Assembly: GCA_964247055.1 (NCBI GenBank)
Contig: OZ176055.1
Location: forward strand, 9,362,001 to 9,426,000
Direction: 5' to 3'
Source of the DNA: Paragordius varius
Taxonomy: Eukaryota; Animalia; Nematomorpha
DNA length: 64,000 nt
The translations under genes and the position numbers were made by a program. Under the pieces are notes generated by a model. It was not told where the DNA came from, did not search any database, and saw only the letters and a list, made by a program, of their open reading frames with translations. Of this stretch, positions 17,401 to 30,773 are shown piece by piece. The stretch's first letter is position 1. Each line of letters begins with the position of its first letter.

Positions 17401-20400
17401 ATATTTTAAGATTGATTGTAATTAAATGTTTTTATAGGATAAATTAGGGTTTTAAAAAGTATGGTTGTCTTTTAAAAAAAAATTTGTCTTTATATTTTTA
17501 CATTTTGTTGGTATAATTTCAATTTTTACTGTATAATATGTATGAGTTCACTTAAAACAATTTTGGTTGTAAGCCAACGCATTTTGTGTTAAGTAAAGCA
17601 TTTTTTATAAAAAAAAGATTTCTCATTAATGGAATATTTTTTTTTATTTAGAAACGACGCTTTTTATATTTTTGAAAAGTATGAAAAAGTGCGTTTTTAA
17701 TTAGAAGATTTTTTTAAAAAGCTGCTATTTTTAATCAATAAATACGCTGAGTTATTTAATAAAATGTCCTCGTTTCAAATTTAAAAATGTTGCTTACTTA
17801 CCCTTCAATGCAAAAAATATTCATTTGATCGAAAATTTTGAGGGAAAATTTACAATATATATCATAGTCTTTATAATTACCATAAATTTTATATTTCGTT
17901 TTCTTTTTGGTTTCCACACAGGTCGTACCTATTACTTCAAAGTTAATGGAATACCAATCTTTGCAAAAGGCTCAAATTGGATCCCTGCAAATTTAGTGAC
18001 GCCTGAAATAACGCAACAATATGTAAAGTTTTTACTTCAATCGACTCAGAACGCCAATATGAATATGTTACGTGTTTGGGGTGGAGGTTTACACGTTTTT
18101 ATGAGCAACAAATTTAATTTTGAACATTTTTTTCAATCTTTTTACATGTTAGGTCTGGGGTTAAATTTTTTTATTTAGTGATTTCCATGGAATTCTTAAA
18201 TAAATATGTAATCTATCTATTAGACCATAATTTATTTCATTGTTTTTTTACGTTAAATTAAATCTAAACCATGATGCATGTCAAAAATGATTTCGCTGTA
18301 CATAAATTATATGTGAATAAACATTATTGGAAACACTTTTTTTAAGATATATATCATATTTTTTGTTTAGAATCTAATAAAAAGTATAAAAAGCATTGAC
18401 CTAAAAAACAAACTTTTTTTGTAAAACTAATCGGAAATATTTTTAAATGTATGGTTATGCATTTTTTTGAATCGCTTGCACTAAAAATATTTATATATTT
18501 TAATTGACAAATTTATCATTATCTGATTAATTTACTTTAGATTTTCTAATAAAATTATCGATTGTTTTAAATAAAGGGATATATGAAAGTGAAACATTCT
18601 TTGACACGGCAGATGAATTAGGCATTTTAATATGGCAAGATTCAATCTTCGCCAGTGCTCTTTACCCTGGTGACAAAGATTTTTTACAGAATGTCCAGAT
18701 GGAAACGATACATCAAGTTAAAATCTAATAATTAATTATAATATAAATGAAATTTTTAAAAAGTCTAATCTAATAATAATTATATACCGTCGTAAAACCT
18801 TTTATATTTCTCGAATTGTATCAAATTTTTAATATTGTTTCTAATATCATTTATTAGGTAAACTCTTAAACCAATAAAAACGGGCGAACATAACTTTGTT
18901 TGAATAATATCTTAAATGATCGTATTTAGCGATATAAACCGGTTTTTCATATCGGTTAAAAATCAAATTCTATGGCTGACATACTGCTAAATAATTTTAT
19001 TATTCCGATAATCTATATTTTAGGCACGTCGGTTACAAAGTCACCCTTCGTTAGTTATGTGGTGCGCAAACAATGAAAACGAATTAGCTTTTAAATGGTA
19101 AAAATAACTTTTTGTAAACTTGCTCAAATTTTACTTAATATAATAATACTTTAAAATACCCTTTGTTAATATAAATTTTATCAAAAGGTTAACAAAATCT
19201 ATTTTCCATAAAAGGCGCATATTTATTCTGTAAATATTATTAAATCCAATTAAAAATTTTAAAAAATATTTCGAAAACTTGATGTATTAACCCTAAAAAC
19301 TAATTTTATTAAAAATTGTTTTTTTTCACATCATAAGGTTTCCAATCGTGAATATTTCAAGCTCCAAACAAGATTACATAAATTTGTATTACAATACAAT
19401 CTATAAAACGGTTGAGCGTGTATTAACATATAAAAATGTAACTTTCCCTCTTGCTTTGTCCTCCCCATCGAATGGGATTGTTGAGATCCTAGAAAATAGC
19501 TTAATTTCCAAAAATCCTCAAGATTGGTTATATGGTGATGGTAAATAATTTTTTTTATTTAAAAGGCACACGCATAAAATTTTATACCATTTACAGTTCA
19601 AATTCACTCTAAAATAAATATTGTGATTTTTAATATTAAAATTTACTACCTGTATTTTTTATATTTTTACCAAAATGAATTTTGTTCAAAATTAAAATAA
19701 TACCAAAAAAATAATAAACTAAGCCATAAAGATATATTTCATATTAATGAGGAGGTATATTAGTCCGAAAACACATATTTTATTTGTAGGGTAAATTTGA
19801 ATTGTTCAAGGGTAAATTTGAATTGTTTGAGGGTGAATTTGAACTCTAAATGGTATATTTATATTCTCGTGGTAATTTGAGGCGAGTTTTTTTTACGTAG
19901 TACACATGCCCTTGTGTTTTCAACTAATGATTTCAGATTATTAAAAATTGGCTTTTGCTAGTTAGCATGGGCATTTTTATGCCCCAAGTCAACATTGCAA
20001 GGGGGAGGTGGCAATAAGACTTGTATTATACCATATATATACCATTTACAAAATTCGCCTTAACAATAAATTATATGTTTTACAAACTAAAATAACTCAT
20101 TATTAAGATGAAATATATCTCTTTGGCAGTATTATTTTAATTTAAAACAAAATTTTTATTTTAAAAATTTATAAAAATATAGGTAAATATAGGTAATTTT
20201 TTAGCTTAAAAAACATATATTTTATTTGAGGGGAAATTTGAATTGTTTAAGGATGGATTTGAATTGTTTGAGGGTGGATTTGAATTGTTCAATGGTGAAG
20301 GGTGAATTTGAATTAGATGTTCAAGGGTGAATTTGACAAGGGCCAATTTGAATTGTCCAGTGAATTAAATTGTTCAAGGGTGAATTTGAATTATTCAACG

Positions 20401-20575
20401 GTGAAGGGTGAATTGTTCAAGGGTATATTTGATTTGTTCGAGGGTGAATAGGAATTGTTCAAGAGTGAATTTAAATTGTTCAAGGGTGAATTTGAATTGT
20501 TCAAGGGTGAAGGGTAAATTGTTCGAGGGAGAATTTGAATTGTTAAATGGTGAAGAGTGAATTTAAATTGTAAAT

Positions 20576-20632
<57 letters not shown>

Positions 20633-23600
20633 TTATAATGTTATTAGTTCACCATTACGATTATACGAGTGATTTATGGAATTGGCGCGTTTATCCAACG
20701 CCCAGATTTTGTTCAGAATATGGCGTTCAATCTTGGCCTTCATTCCAATCCCTTTATCAATACACATCGAATCCTGCCCATGATTTACAGTATGGAAGTC
20801 AATTTTTGAAAATAAGGTATTGATTTTATTAACATTGTGGGAAATAGCTTCAGATAGTTGGGTCTTTGAAATGATTTTTCCATATACATATATATATATA
20901 TATATATTTTTAGAGTTTTTAATCATTTTCATTTAAATTAAGATTTTTATAGTAATCCTTTTTAATTCAAATTCAACCGCTATTTTAACCAAACTTAATA
21001 TCTTTTCTAATTCAAAATGCGTGCCTAAATAAAAAAGGTTGTTTATACATATATATATAACATGTTCAATTTTGTTGAAAAAATGTATATTTCAATATTA
21101 ATTTACAATAGATTTTTGCTTTACAAAAATAAAAATTTCTTTAGATGCAATGCAAAATCATATAATAAATTTATTATAATAATAATTTTATTTTTACAAA
21201 ATTGTAGACAACATCATATAGGAGGCGATCTAGAAATGATTGAACAAATTGGGACCCATTTTAAATTCTACGAAACAAATGAAATAGAGGAAAGACCCCA
21301 GTCCAAAGAAATGCTTAAAAAGATTATATATCTTTCTCAAGTTTAATTATTCTATTTTTAACTTAAAAATCATTTTGTTTTAACGTATTATATGGTCTTT
21401 ATTTGGCCAAATTTTTCCATTTTTGTCTATATGATATTTAAAAAATTGGACTTAGTTGTTGAAAAGATTACTATTTTTATAGTATAGATACAGTAGAAAT
21501 AAAAACCACATAAAAGTACCAACTATTTTTAAAGATATTCAATTTGCTTAGTTGCGAAACGATGAATATAGATGTAAATTGGTAACCCATTTTTATATCT
21601 AAATTATTCATTAAATAAAAGCAATTTTAATAAAATATTAGACTAACTTTTATTCTTTGAAACAAAACTAACTAAAACAACAAATAATTTTATATAAATA
21701 CTATAATAATAAATTATATAATTTATAACAATTTACATGTCTATTCCTCGTTTCCAATCCAAAACGATACGTTATATATTATTTGGAAAAAACCAAGTTT
21801 TAGAATATAAAATGTTTTGTCTTTATGAAAAATATATTAGTTTTTTTTATCTTTTATGTTTTTCACTAATTCAAAGTGTTACTTACCTATTTACATCTCT
21901 CTATACCTCGTATCGCAACTTTAAAACCGAAATAAAGTTTAATATATAATATGTTTTCTTTATGAACGTTTTATTATTATTGCAATAAATTAATTTATTA
22001 TATCGATAGCTACATCAAGCCATAGCCATTCAAATTCAAACTGAACATTATCGTAGATCTTCTGGAATGTATAACAAGGACACAGGATATGGTTATACTA
22101 TGGGTGCCTTATTTTGGCAACTCAATGATGTTTGGACCGGACCATCTTGGTCAGCCATTGGTAATATTTTATTTTTTAAACCTTTTATTTGTTTGTCGAT
22201 GGGAAAAAGAAAAAAATTGTCATATACTTATCCGGTTTAAATTGAAATTATATTGGAGACACAAACCGCTATAAAAAACTAAAGAAAATATTATTTTTAA
22301 AAGGAAAAATTTATTTAAAACTAATTTGCATTTTTTAAACATAACTCATCTTTTTGCGTTCCAAAGATAGAAATAGACATGTAATTCACATACTCAATAT
22401 ATAATATGTATATGTATATCATAATTGTTATTATAAGGTTTATGTATAAAATTGAATGTTTAAAAAACTATAGTTATTTTTTAAATAAATATTCTCTTAG
22501 TTTTTGCATTTTGCCTGTATAGATACAATTTTTATTGTACTCTGGAATAACAAGGTACAACAATCTAAACCATTTAACGTTATTTCTATACACCATTTTC
22601 TGGTTTAGATGGTTTGTATGGTTAAAGGAAAATTGTGTTTTAAAACCGTTTATGAAATCTTAACAACCGGTTATATAATTACGTTTTAAAACGTCGATTT
22701 GAATGCTGGTTTTAGGTTTTAAGTCAAACTATTAAAACCTAAAAAGTGATAAAATACATTACAGTAAAAATTGAAGTTATACGGACAAAACGTAAAAATA
22801 TAAAGAAAAATATCTTTTTTGTAAAGCCGACCAAACTTTTAAAACCTTAATGTTTTCCATATAAGCTACTTAGTTACAGTTGTAAAATATGAATTAATTG
22901 AGTAAATATTATATATTCCCTTTCACACTTTGCCATTGAAATCAATGAGTTTTATTGATAAAAATCGGATCTAAAAAGTATGGTTGTCTTTTAGAAAAGA
23001 ATATTCAGTTTTTACTCTAATTTTACTATTATATAGAATATGGTGGATCATATAAAATGTTATACCATTTCGCTCGTGAATTTTTTCAATCCCCTTATCT
23101 TACTATGCATGATGATTTGGTTTCAAAAGATTCTAATACAACTCACCTAATTTATACATTACTATCCGATACAAATATGCAAGCTAATATTAGTTTAGTG
23201 ATTGATTTAAATGATCTCACTAGTTTTAATACCCATTATTCTTGGAAACATGAACTAGGCCTGATAACTGTAATTTATTTTGATTTTTTAATTATTACGA
23301 GGATAATATGTATATAATACCATTTACCCCTAAAATTTACCCTTGACCACTTCAAATTTACCCTCTAACATTTCAAATTGACCCTTAACATTATTTACCA
23401 TTGATATCTTCAGATTTACCCTAATAATGAATATTTTAAAAGTTTCATATGTAAATTATCCAGAATAAAGGAATTTTGAATATCCAAAGACACAATCCAT
23501 TTTTAGAGGATTTGAAATGTTTGATATTGAATTAAGGGTGAATGGTGTAAATGGTATTGTTAATATTTTTATGTAGACAATTTTTGTTAGTTGACCCATT

Positions 23601-24937
23601 TTTACCTCTATTTTTTTTTATAAAAATTTGATTTTTAGTTATAACTCTTCAATAGTTAAATCTGATTTTGCATAATATACACACCAATTTAATAAAATAA
23701 ACAATATAAATATCTGAGAATTAAACCGATATCGGACATAATAAATAATTATTTTGTACAAATATCTCGCCTAAAAAATCTGATGATAGATAGTGATATA
23801 TATAAAATTTCAAATTATAGCTCTTTTTTAAATTTTCTTTTTACTGTTTCCGTGTTTTTTTGTTACAAAAAAGCTTTTACATGATTGAGTATTTATATTA
23901 TTTCTCACCTCTCTTAAAATATATATTTTTTAAAAGATTCAATCAACAAGTGTAGTGCTACTAACACAACCCATGCATGATATAGTAGAAGTTTTAAGGC
24001 AAAAATCTGTTGGGAATATAAATGGGACTTATATTAAAGCCATAATGCATATTAGCATATCAGGAAAACAATTTCCCTTCGTTATTGAACGATACTATTT
24101 TTTCTCATATCCCCTGTATTGGCCACAATTAAGCGATCCAGGATTGAGGGTAGTATATTTCAAGATTTTCAAATATTTATAATTTTTTTTTCTATTTTCA
24201 AAATTAAACTTTAATCCATGAAATTGGTTAAACAATTTTGTGCAAATAGGTATTACTTTTATTCTAAACCAGAATTAATTGAAAACTATTGTTTTTAATT
24301 ACTGTATAATTTAAGCGTAAACTATATGACATTTTTTACAATAGTATATAGCTGTTGTTATTGGGACGTGTTTATTTTGATGTAGTTTGAATCCGCAAAT
24401 TATCAGAATAAAAATTAAATTTTATACCCTGATAATTTTTTTTGGAATTTTATTAAAATATTAAGAAACATTTCATCTTCAACAAAAAAATTTTTTTCTA
24501 TAAAACGCAAAGACTAAAAATAACCATTAACAATTCAGTAGTAAATAGAAATGAAAAAAAATAAAATTTCAGAGAATTGCCATTGGGACGATTTAAATTA
24601 GTTTTCAGATTTAAAATTTTTTATCACACAGATTACTGATATAAAGCCACAATCATCGGATGAATGGTTAATAGTTATAGACGCTTCTAAACCAGCCTAC
24701 TATGTTTGGTTGGAATTAAATTTGCAAGATCCAACTTGTTTTAAAGGACATAAGCAAACCTCGGAAGAAACATTAATGATTCCCTCTTTGGGTGCTTTTT
24801 CTCAAAACGGATTTATTTTAACTGAAAATTATATGGAAATTATATTTAAACCTCATAATATAACTCAAATCAAATCACCATTCAACCTACCTCCCCATTG
24901 TATATCAATTCAAAGTTTATACGATTTTGTATCGTAG
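14439..24937 (+). CDS. MANBA: Lysosomal beta-mannosidase (GH2), 925 aa, 17 exons
   Basis: Exons 14439-14523, 14545-14679, 14705-14835, 14864-15066, 15550-15623, 16138-16340, 17058-17217, 17922-18086, 18577-18716, 19024-19097, 19338-19540, 20648-20816, 21208-21340, 22010-22160, 23037-23269, 23937-24149, 24632-24937 sum to 2778 nt. Signal peptide MKIFKFLIFSLLFL; motifs IRKPQCSFSWDWGP, FAKGSNWIP, MNMLRVWGGG, WCANNENE (acid/base), RFCSEYG (nucleophile), WQLNDVW. Confidence 0.93.
15132..15353. mobile_element. MITE family F copy
   Basis: Homologous to 1285-1512; lies in MANBA intron 4. Confidence 0.8.
16790..17026. mobile_element. MITE family A copy (short)
   Basis: TATCATTTACAATTCAAATTCACC...GAACTGTAAATGGTA, preceded by a TA run; intronic. 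Confidence 0.85.
17234..17531. mobile_element. MITE family C (~290 bp, TA|CAGTAAAA...TTTTACTG|TA, ~55-bp TIRs), Tc1/mariner-like
   Basis: Long TIR CAGTAAAA..GAATTATACGGACAAAACGT..AAGACAAAT is mirrored at the right end. Other copies at 22762-~23029 and 41724-42007. Confidence 0.85.
19585..19855. mobile_element. MITE family A copy
   Basis: TACCATTTACAG...TAAATGGTA flanked by TA; MANBA intron. Confidence 0.85.
20040..20579. mobile_element. MITE family A copy with expanded right subterminal array
   Basis: Both TIRs are present. About 350 bp of degenerate GGGTGAATTTGAATTGTTCAA units lie at ~20229-20575, followed by (TA)n to 20630. Confidence 0.85.
22762..23029. mobile_element. MITE family C copy with deleted right TIR, ending next to a 3' splice site
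   Basis: Intact left TIR at 22762. The right end is shortened to TTTTACT remnants just before the acceptor AG at 23035-23036. Confidence 0.75.
23318..23556. mobile_element. MITE family A, degenerate copy
   Basis: TACCATTTACC...GTAAATGGTA with decayed subterminal repeats. Confidence 0.7.
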
Positions 24938-25061
24938 ATATATTCATATTTAATAAATAAATTATTTATTAATATGAACCAATACTAATTTAATTATCTT
25001 GCGGTATTCAATATATAAAGTTTATATATGTTAATCAATTAGTTTGCTATTTTACAGTAAA

Positions 25062-25647
25062 TTAACACTTGGATACAACACACTCATTTTAGTCCTTCGA
25101 TTCAAATTGGGGTAGTTGGATACCCCAGGCATGTTTAAAATCAAATACTTTAAGAAGTATGGAAGCAATCGAAACCATGGCAAAATTTTGCACTTATATA
25201 ACATTAATAAACCGAAATATATAAAAAAATTTATTCAAAAATATTTGATATTACTTATTTTGAGCTAAAACTGAAAGATAAAAATTTAGTCAACGTGACA
25301 TGTGTCAAATTGTAAAATTAAAAAATAATACAAAATAAACCGCCTTTTCATTTCTATCAATGTTAGATGTAATTTATATAAAAAATAAGCTTTGGTTTTA
25401 CCCTTAAAATTAAATGAAGACGATATTTTGCAAAATTTTTGTAAAATAAAAATGGCGTCGAAGTAGTTTGAGATGGAACTTTTTTTTCAAAACAAAATTT
25501 TATCAAGATATTTTGGCATATTTATATATTTCTTAGGATAGAAGCATAAATTTAAATTGGAACCGTTTCCTTCAGTAGTTTTTTAAAAATTTTAATTTAA
25601 ATTTAGTCTGGGGTATTTAGATACCCCAATTTGAATCGAAGTGTTAA
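25062..25647 (+). mobile_element. MITE family B, full-length copy
   Basis: TTAA at both ends; collinear with 12411-12999. Confidence 0.9.
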
Positions 25648-26334
25648 AAAGTGTTTTTCCAAACACTGTTTCTAAATTTTTGTGACTTACATAAATCAAT
25701 ATATTTTCTGAAATTTTATCATTTTATTACAAGCTTAGAGCAATTAAATGGATTATTATAATTATAGTACAACAGTAATTGCTAATGCATAACTTTTTGA
25801 ATCGGATATAAACATATATGAATTTTACTAAGATTTGTCCTTAGATTTATTTTTTGGGATTATTTTAAGATTTCATTTGGGTATTAAGCACCACATATAA
25901 AAGAATCAATTATAAATATTTCTTATTTAAAACATTTGCTGCCAAATATTTATTTTCGTTCAAATAATAATAGCAAATTAAATTAACTCTAAATGCAGAT
26001 GTTTTAATTTGTGGCAAGTGTAAACTCCAAAAACTGTATTTTTTAAAAAATAATGATTGGTTGATTTATATATATTTACAATTTATATTCACCCTCCAAA
26101 TTCACCGTAAAAATAAATTAGTGTTAATGAAATAATATTTTTACGACATAGTTTATTTATTCAACATTATAAGAATTTTAAACAAATCTCATATTTAATA
26201 TTAAAAAATTAAGGTACAGAATTTATTTTGGGGTTTTGAATTGTTTAAAGGTGAATTTAGACATTATTTTAAGCTCTATTATTAGGAAAAACTACATATG
26301 TTTCAATGTATGAATAGCTGAAGTTCAAAATTTA

Positions 26335-27655
26335 ATGACCAAAAAAATTTTATGCATTTATTGTAACCAGCCCTTTAAATACATGAAGATAGAATGCCTT
26401 GAGTGTGAAAATTTTAATATTTGTCTGCCGGTATAATTTTCATATATACAAGTGTTTTAAATGCGGAGCCGAAATAGGTAAACACAAATCATCCCACACC
26501 TATAAATATCATGTAATTATTTGGCTTAATAATTTAAGATAGTTGAAATACCCCTGTTTGATAAATGGTCCATTGAAGAAGAAATTAAATTAATTGAAAG
26601 TATTGAAAACCATGGTTTAGGAAATTGGTATAATAAATATTTCTTTAATTATTAGGATGGCTATTAGTAATGATTTTGGTAATAAACGCACCCCTGATGA
26701 GCTTAAAAACCATTATGAAACTTATTATGTTAATGGCTCGATTGGAAAACGTATTTTTTCTTTTTTATACATTTTTATTAGTCTGCTTAAACAAAACGTT
26801 AAATGTTAATGAAAATGTTAACGAAACTAATGGACAAGATTGTTTATTGGTTGGTTATTCTGCCAAAAGAGATGAATATGATATAAATTATAAAAATGAT
26901 GCCGAAAATCTCATTAAAGACATACATTATGAACCAACTGATTTAAGCATTGAGAAAAGTTTTGTATTTCATTACCTATCTTATAGAATGTAAATTTGCC
27001 TTGTTTGATCAATATTCCAGTATTTTGGTTGAGAGGCAAAAACGAAAAGCTTTTGTCACAGATTATGACATAATCAATCAGTATCTAGAAAATAAACCCA
27101 ATCCGGATTCACAAAAACAGGCTGTCGGGCCTAAGAAAAAAGCGACAACCCATCAAGCAAAAAGTTTGGCCCAATATCCAAAGTAAGTTTTTTGTGCTTT
27201 ATAAAAATATTTTTTTGTGTTGTGCTTATATTTTAAATATATGATTAAATCGTATTTAAAATATCTTTCAGTGGTTAAATTTAGCGTGAGTGTTTTATTT
27301 ATATATAAAATTTAAATACTTTAGATATGTTTTAAATTAAGTTACAAATTATAGTTTTAAAAAATATATTTATTGTGGGTTTATTTTTCCATGGGATATG
27401 TATTTGAAATAACAATTTTTTCAAATTTAACTCGAATATAGTTTTTTTAATTATTTTTATTTCCTAATCATAACTCACATACGTTGTTTTCAATTATTTT
27501 TTAAAATGATAACGAGTATATCTATATATATTTAATTTTATTAAAAATAATCAATATATTTTAATGTTTCTATAAAATTTAGTTATCAGACATTAAAACC
27601 GTTTGCAAGATTCGTACCTTTTGAGTCATTTGAACGTGCTCTTAAATTGTTATGA
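26335..27655 (+). CDS. TADA2B: Transcriptional adaptor 2 (ADA2b-like): ZZ finger + SANT; C-terminus uncertain
   Basis: Exons 26335-26430, 26453-26512, 26539-26627, 26656-26750, 26782-26958, 26987-27182, 27583-27655 give 261 aa. ZZ: CIYC..CLEC..ICLPCFKCGAEIGKHKSSHTY; SANT: WSIEEEIKLIESIENHGLGNW; also YVNGSIGK, GYSAKRDEY..NDAE, ERQKRK. Further 3' exons may exist but I did not find them. Confidence 0.85.
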
Positions 27656-28766
27656 AATATATTTATTCCATATTATATTTTTTACATATATGATTGTTAT
27701 GCTTCATTACTAAATAGTAATATATAAATAAAATATAAGGAAATTTTTAAGGCGCAACAGTTATTTTTATGTCCATTTTGAGTAATTTTTTTGTTAAAAC
27801 TGCAAAAAGTTGTTATTAACTTTTTAAAAATATTCCATATAAAATTTTCTAGTATCCCTGAATTACATTACTTGAATATTTTTAAATTAATATAACTATT
27901 CTGCATTGTACTAATTTTAATATAATGATGCGTTATATTTTCCAAATTTTTTTCAAGATTTGCACATAAATTAATATATTATACATACTTTTAAATGCAC
28001 ATTAAAATAATATGACACCACCATTTTCATTAATTACCAACACGAATCGGTTATATATTTTTAACAAACAGGAGGTTCAAAAGGTATTTTTTATTAATAA
28101 AATGTTTAATAAGTTTGTGGTTTAAGCGGCGTTTTTATATTTTAAGATTTAAGATTCACCACCATGATCTTTTGAAAACATTATTTAAATGTTGAACGAT
28201 TTTTTATTTTATCTATGCCCTTGCGAAAAAACTCTGTTTTTCATGATTATAATTGTAATCATAAAAATTGATATTATAGAGGTAAGACGTAAAAGATAAA
28301 AACAAATCTATATATTTATAAAAATGGAAAGTGGTGACTTTGTGATCTGTTTCCGGGAAACCGGTAGACCCATTCAAATCCCAACATCGAAAAAATGTAA
28401 TAATTTGAATGCCTCGACAATAGCTTCACCCTTTTTTTGAATTAAGCCCTCAGTTCGGGCCCACCCGGTGTAAAAACGGTTTTTTTGAAAACAGAAGTCC
28501 ACAAAAATCATGTCTTTGAGACAATTTTCCGGAGAACGTGTTGGACCATTTAATTTCAAATATTTTTGTTTATATTTTTGATTGCGCCGAACATAGTCGT
28601 CTCGCCTTTTTAATTTACTTAACAGCACGAGATTTACTCTAGTATTTTTATAAATATGCAACCATTAATTAGAACTTACATGTACAAAATATCAAGGTTC
28701 AAATGAGTATGGTATCTTTTCAAAAAAATATTTGCCTATTAATTTATGCGCTTTGTTTGTATAATA

Positions 28767-29690
28767 TTAACACTTCGATTTAAATTGGGGTATCTAAATC
28801 CCCAGACTAAATTTAAATTAATATTTCTATGAAACTACTGAAGGCGGTCCCAATTTAAATTTATGCTTCTATCCTGATAAATATTATATAAATATGTTAA
28901 AATATCTTGATAAAATTTTGTTTTGAAAAAAAAAGTTCCATCTCAAACTACTTCGACGCCATTTTTATTTTACAAAATTTTGCAAAATATCGTCTTCATT
29001 TAATTTTGAGAGTAAAATTAAACCTAATTTTTTATATAAATTATATATAAGATTGATAGAAATAAAAAAGCGGTTTATTTTGTATTATTTTTAAATTTTA
29101 CAATTTGATACATGTCACGTTGACGAATATTTTAACTTTTGGTTTTAGCTTAAAACAAGTAATATTAAATATTTTTGAATAAAATTTTTTATATATTTCG
29201 GTCTATTAATGTTTAAAAAGTGCAAAATTTTGCCATGGTTTCGATTCTTTCCATACTTTTTAAAGTATTTGATTTTAAATTCCATATCAAACTACTTCGA
29301 CGCCATTTTTATTTTACAACATTTCTGCAAAATATCGTATTTATATAAAGCTAAAATGAAAGCTAATTTTTCATTTATATTACATCTAACATTGATAGAA
29401 ACAGAAAAAGTGGCTTATTTTGTATTATTTTTAAATTTATCTTATGGACACATGTCATGTTAACTAAATTTTTACCTTGAGGTTTACTTAAAAATAGGTT
29501 ATATCAAATATTTTTGAATGAAATTTTTTATATATTTCGGTTCATTAATGTTATAAATGTGCAAATTTTGGCCATGGTTTTATTTCATTCCATATTTTTT
29601 GAATTATTTAATTTTAAACAGGCCTGGGGTATCCAACTACCCCAATTTGAATCGAAAGACTGAAATGGATGTGTTGTATCCAAGTGTTAA
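28767..29690 (-). mobile_element. Compound MITE family B (reverse orientation, internally duplicated)
   Basis: TTAACACTTCGATT at 28767 and ...GGATGTGTTGTATCCAAGTGTTAA at 29690. The segment beginning CAAACTACTTCGACGCC occurs twice (~28945 and ~29289). Confidence 0.8.
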
Positions 29691-30773
29691 CAAAAATTTG
29701 TAAAAAATAAAATTTTAAAAACAATATCTATTTTTAAAAATAGATTTAGTTGATATAAAAATTAAACATATATAATGAATTATTATGCTATCTCGCTTTT
29801 TTGATTTTTTTAAGAGAGCCAGCTCATTTTAGACCAGAACAAATTTTGACTGGGGTTCTCATCTAAAAACTCAATTTTTTTAGTATTGATGTTTGCTTTT
29901 TATGTAGTCGATGATATATTTTAGTAATTGACTTTGGGCACTTACCACAAAATCATAAGAGCTCTCTTTTATCATTCGTTTGGGCTATAACCAAGATAAT
30001 CATGATAATCCTGTCACTTTTTCTATCTAGGATTTATCTGGCACATTGACTTACGATTGGTATATAAAGTGAGTTCCTCTTTTGTGGTAATTGTTTGATA
30101 TCGTAAAATCACAAAACCACCGGACATTATGCTAAGTAAACTAGTAAAGTCTAAATTCTTCATAAAACAATTTAAATATATAACATATAATTTTTAATAT
30201 AAAATACCTAACTCTTAATTTTTTGGTCCCTACAAAATGGACTGTTTTATCAGAGCCCCAAAAAGTCAAAATTTTACAAAAATAATATTTTGGAAGTGCT
30301 GTACATATCATAAAGATTTAGGTGTCAGAATCCGGGATAAAGTACGGTCGGATTATTCGACTATTAGAGACAAAACCTTGATCAGCAGTTTCTGTCGGGA
30401 GTTGGGATTCAGAAAACGGGATATGTGCAAGCGCTTTAAATCGATGTTTTGACAAACCAAACTACAAATTTATTTCTAACTTACATCTAACCGTACAAGC
30501 AGACTAAATCACATTTATTCAATAATGACAAATCGACTTCGATCTAAACAACATTACAGATATATACAAATATATATTCTTCAAAAATGACAATTTAAAT
30601 AATTAAAGTAAATATATATGTAAATTAAGCAGTAAATATAATTTACAAAGCCAAATATTTAAAAAATAAATATGTTTTAAAAAATAGTTTGCTGATAATG
30701 CTACATTCCATATAACTGATGTCATCAACATGCTTTCCAAATTAATTTAAACGTTCCAGTTTTTTTAGGTTAA

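Noticed and set aside
20229-20575. CRISPR-like repeat array
   Set aside because: Contiguous degenerate tandem units with no unique spacers, inside a MITE in a eukaryotic intron; no cas genes.
28279-28700. GC-richer segment and the 95-aa minus-strand ORF 28374-28661
   Set aside because: No recognisable homology and no consistent splice partners; it could be a TE relic. Left unassigned.
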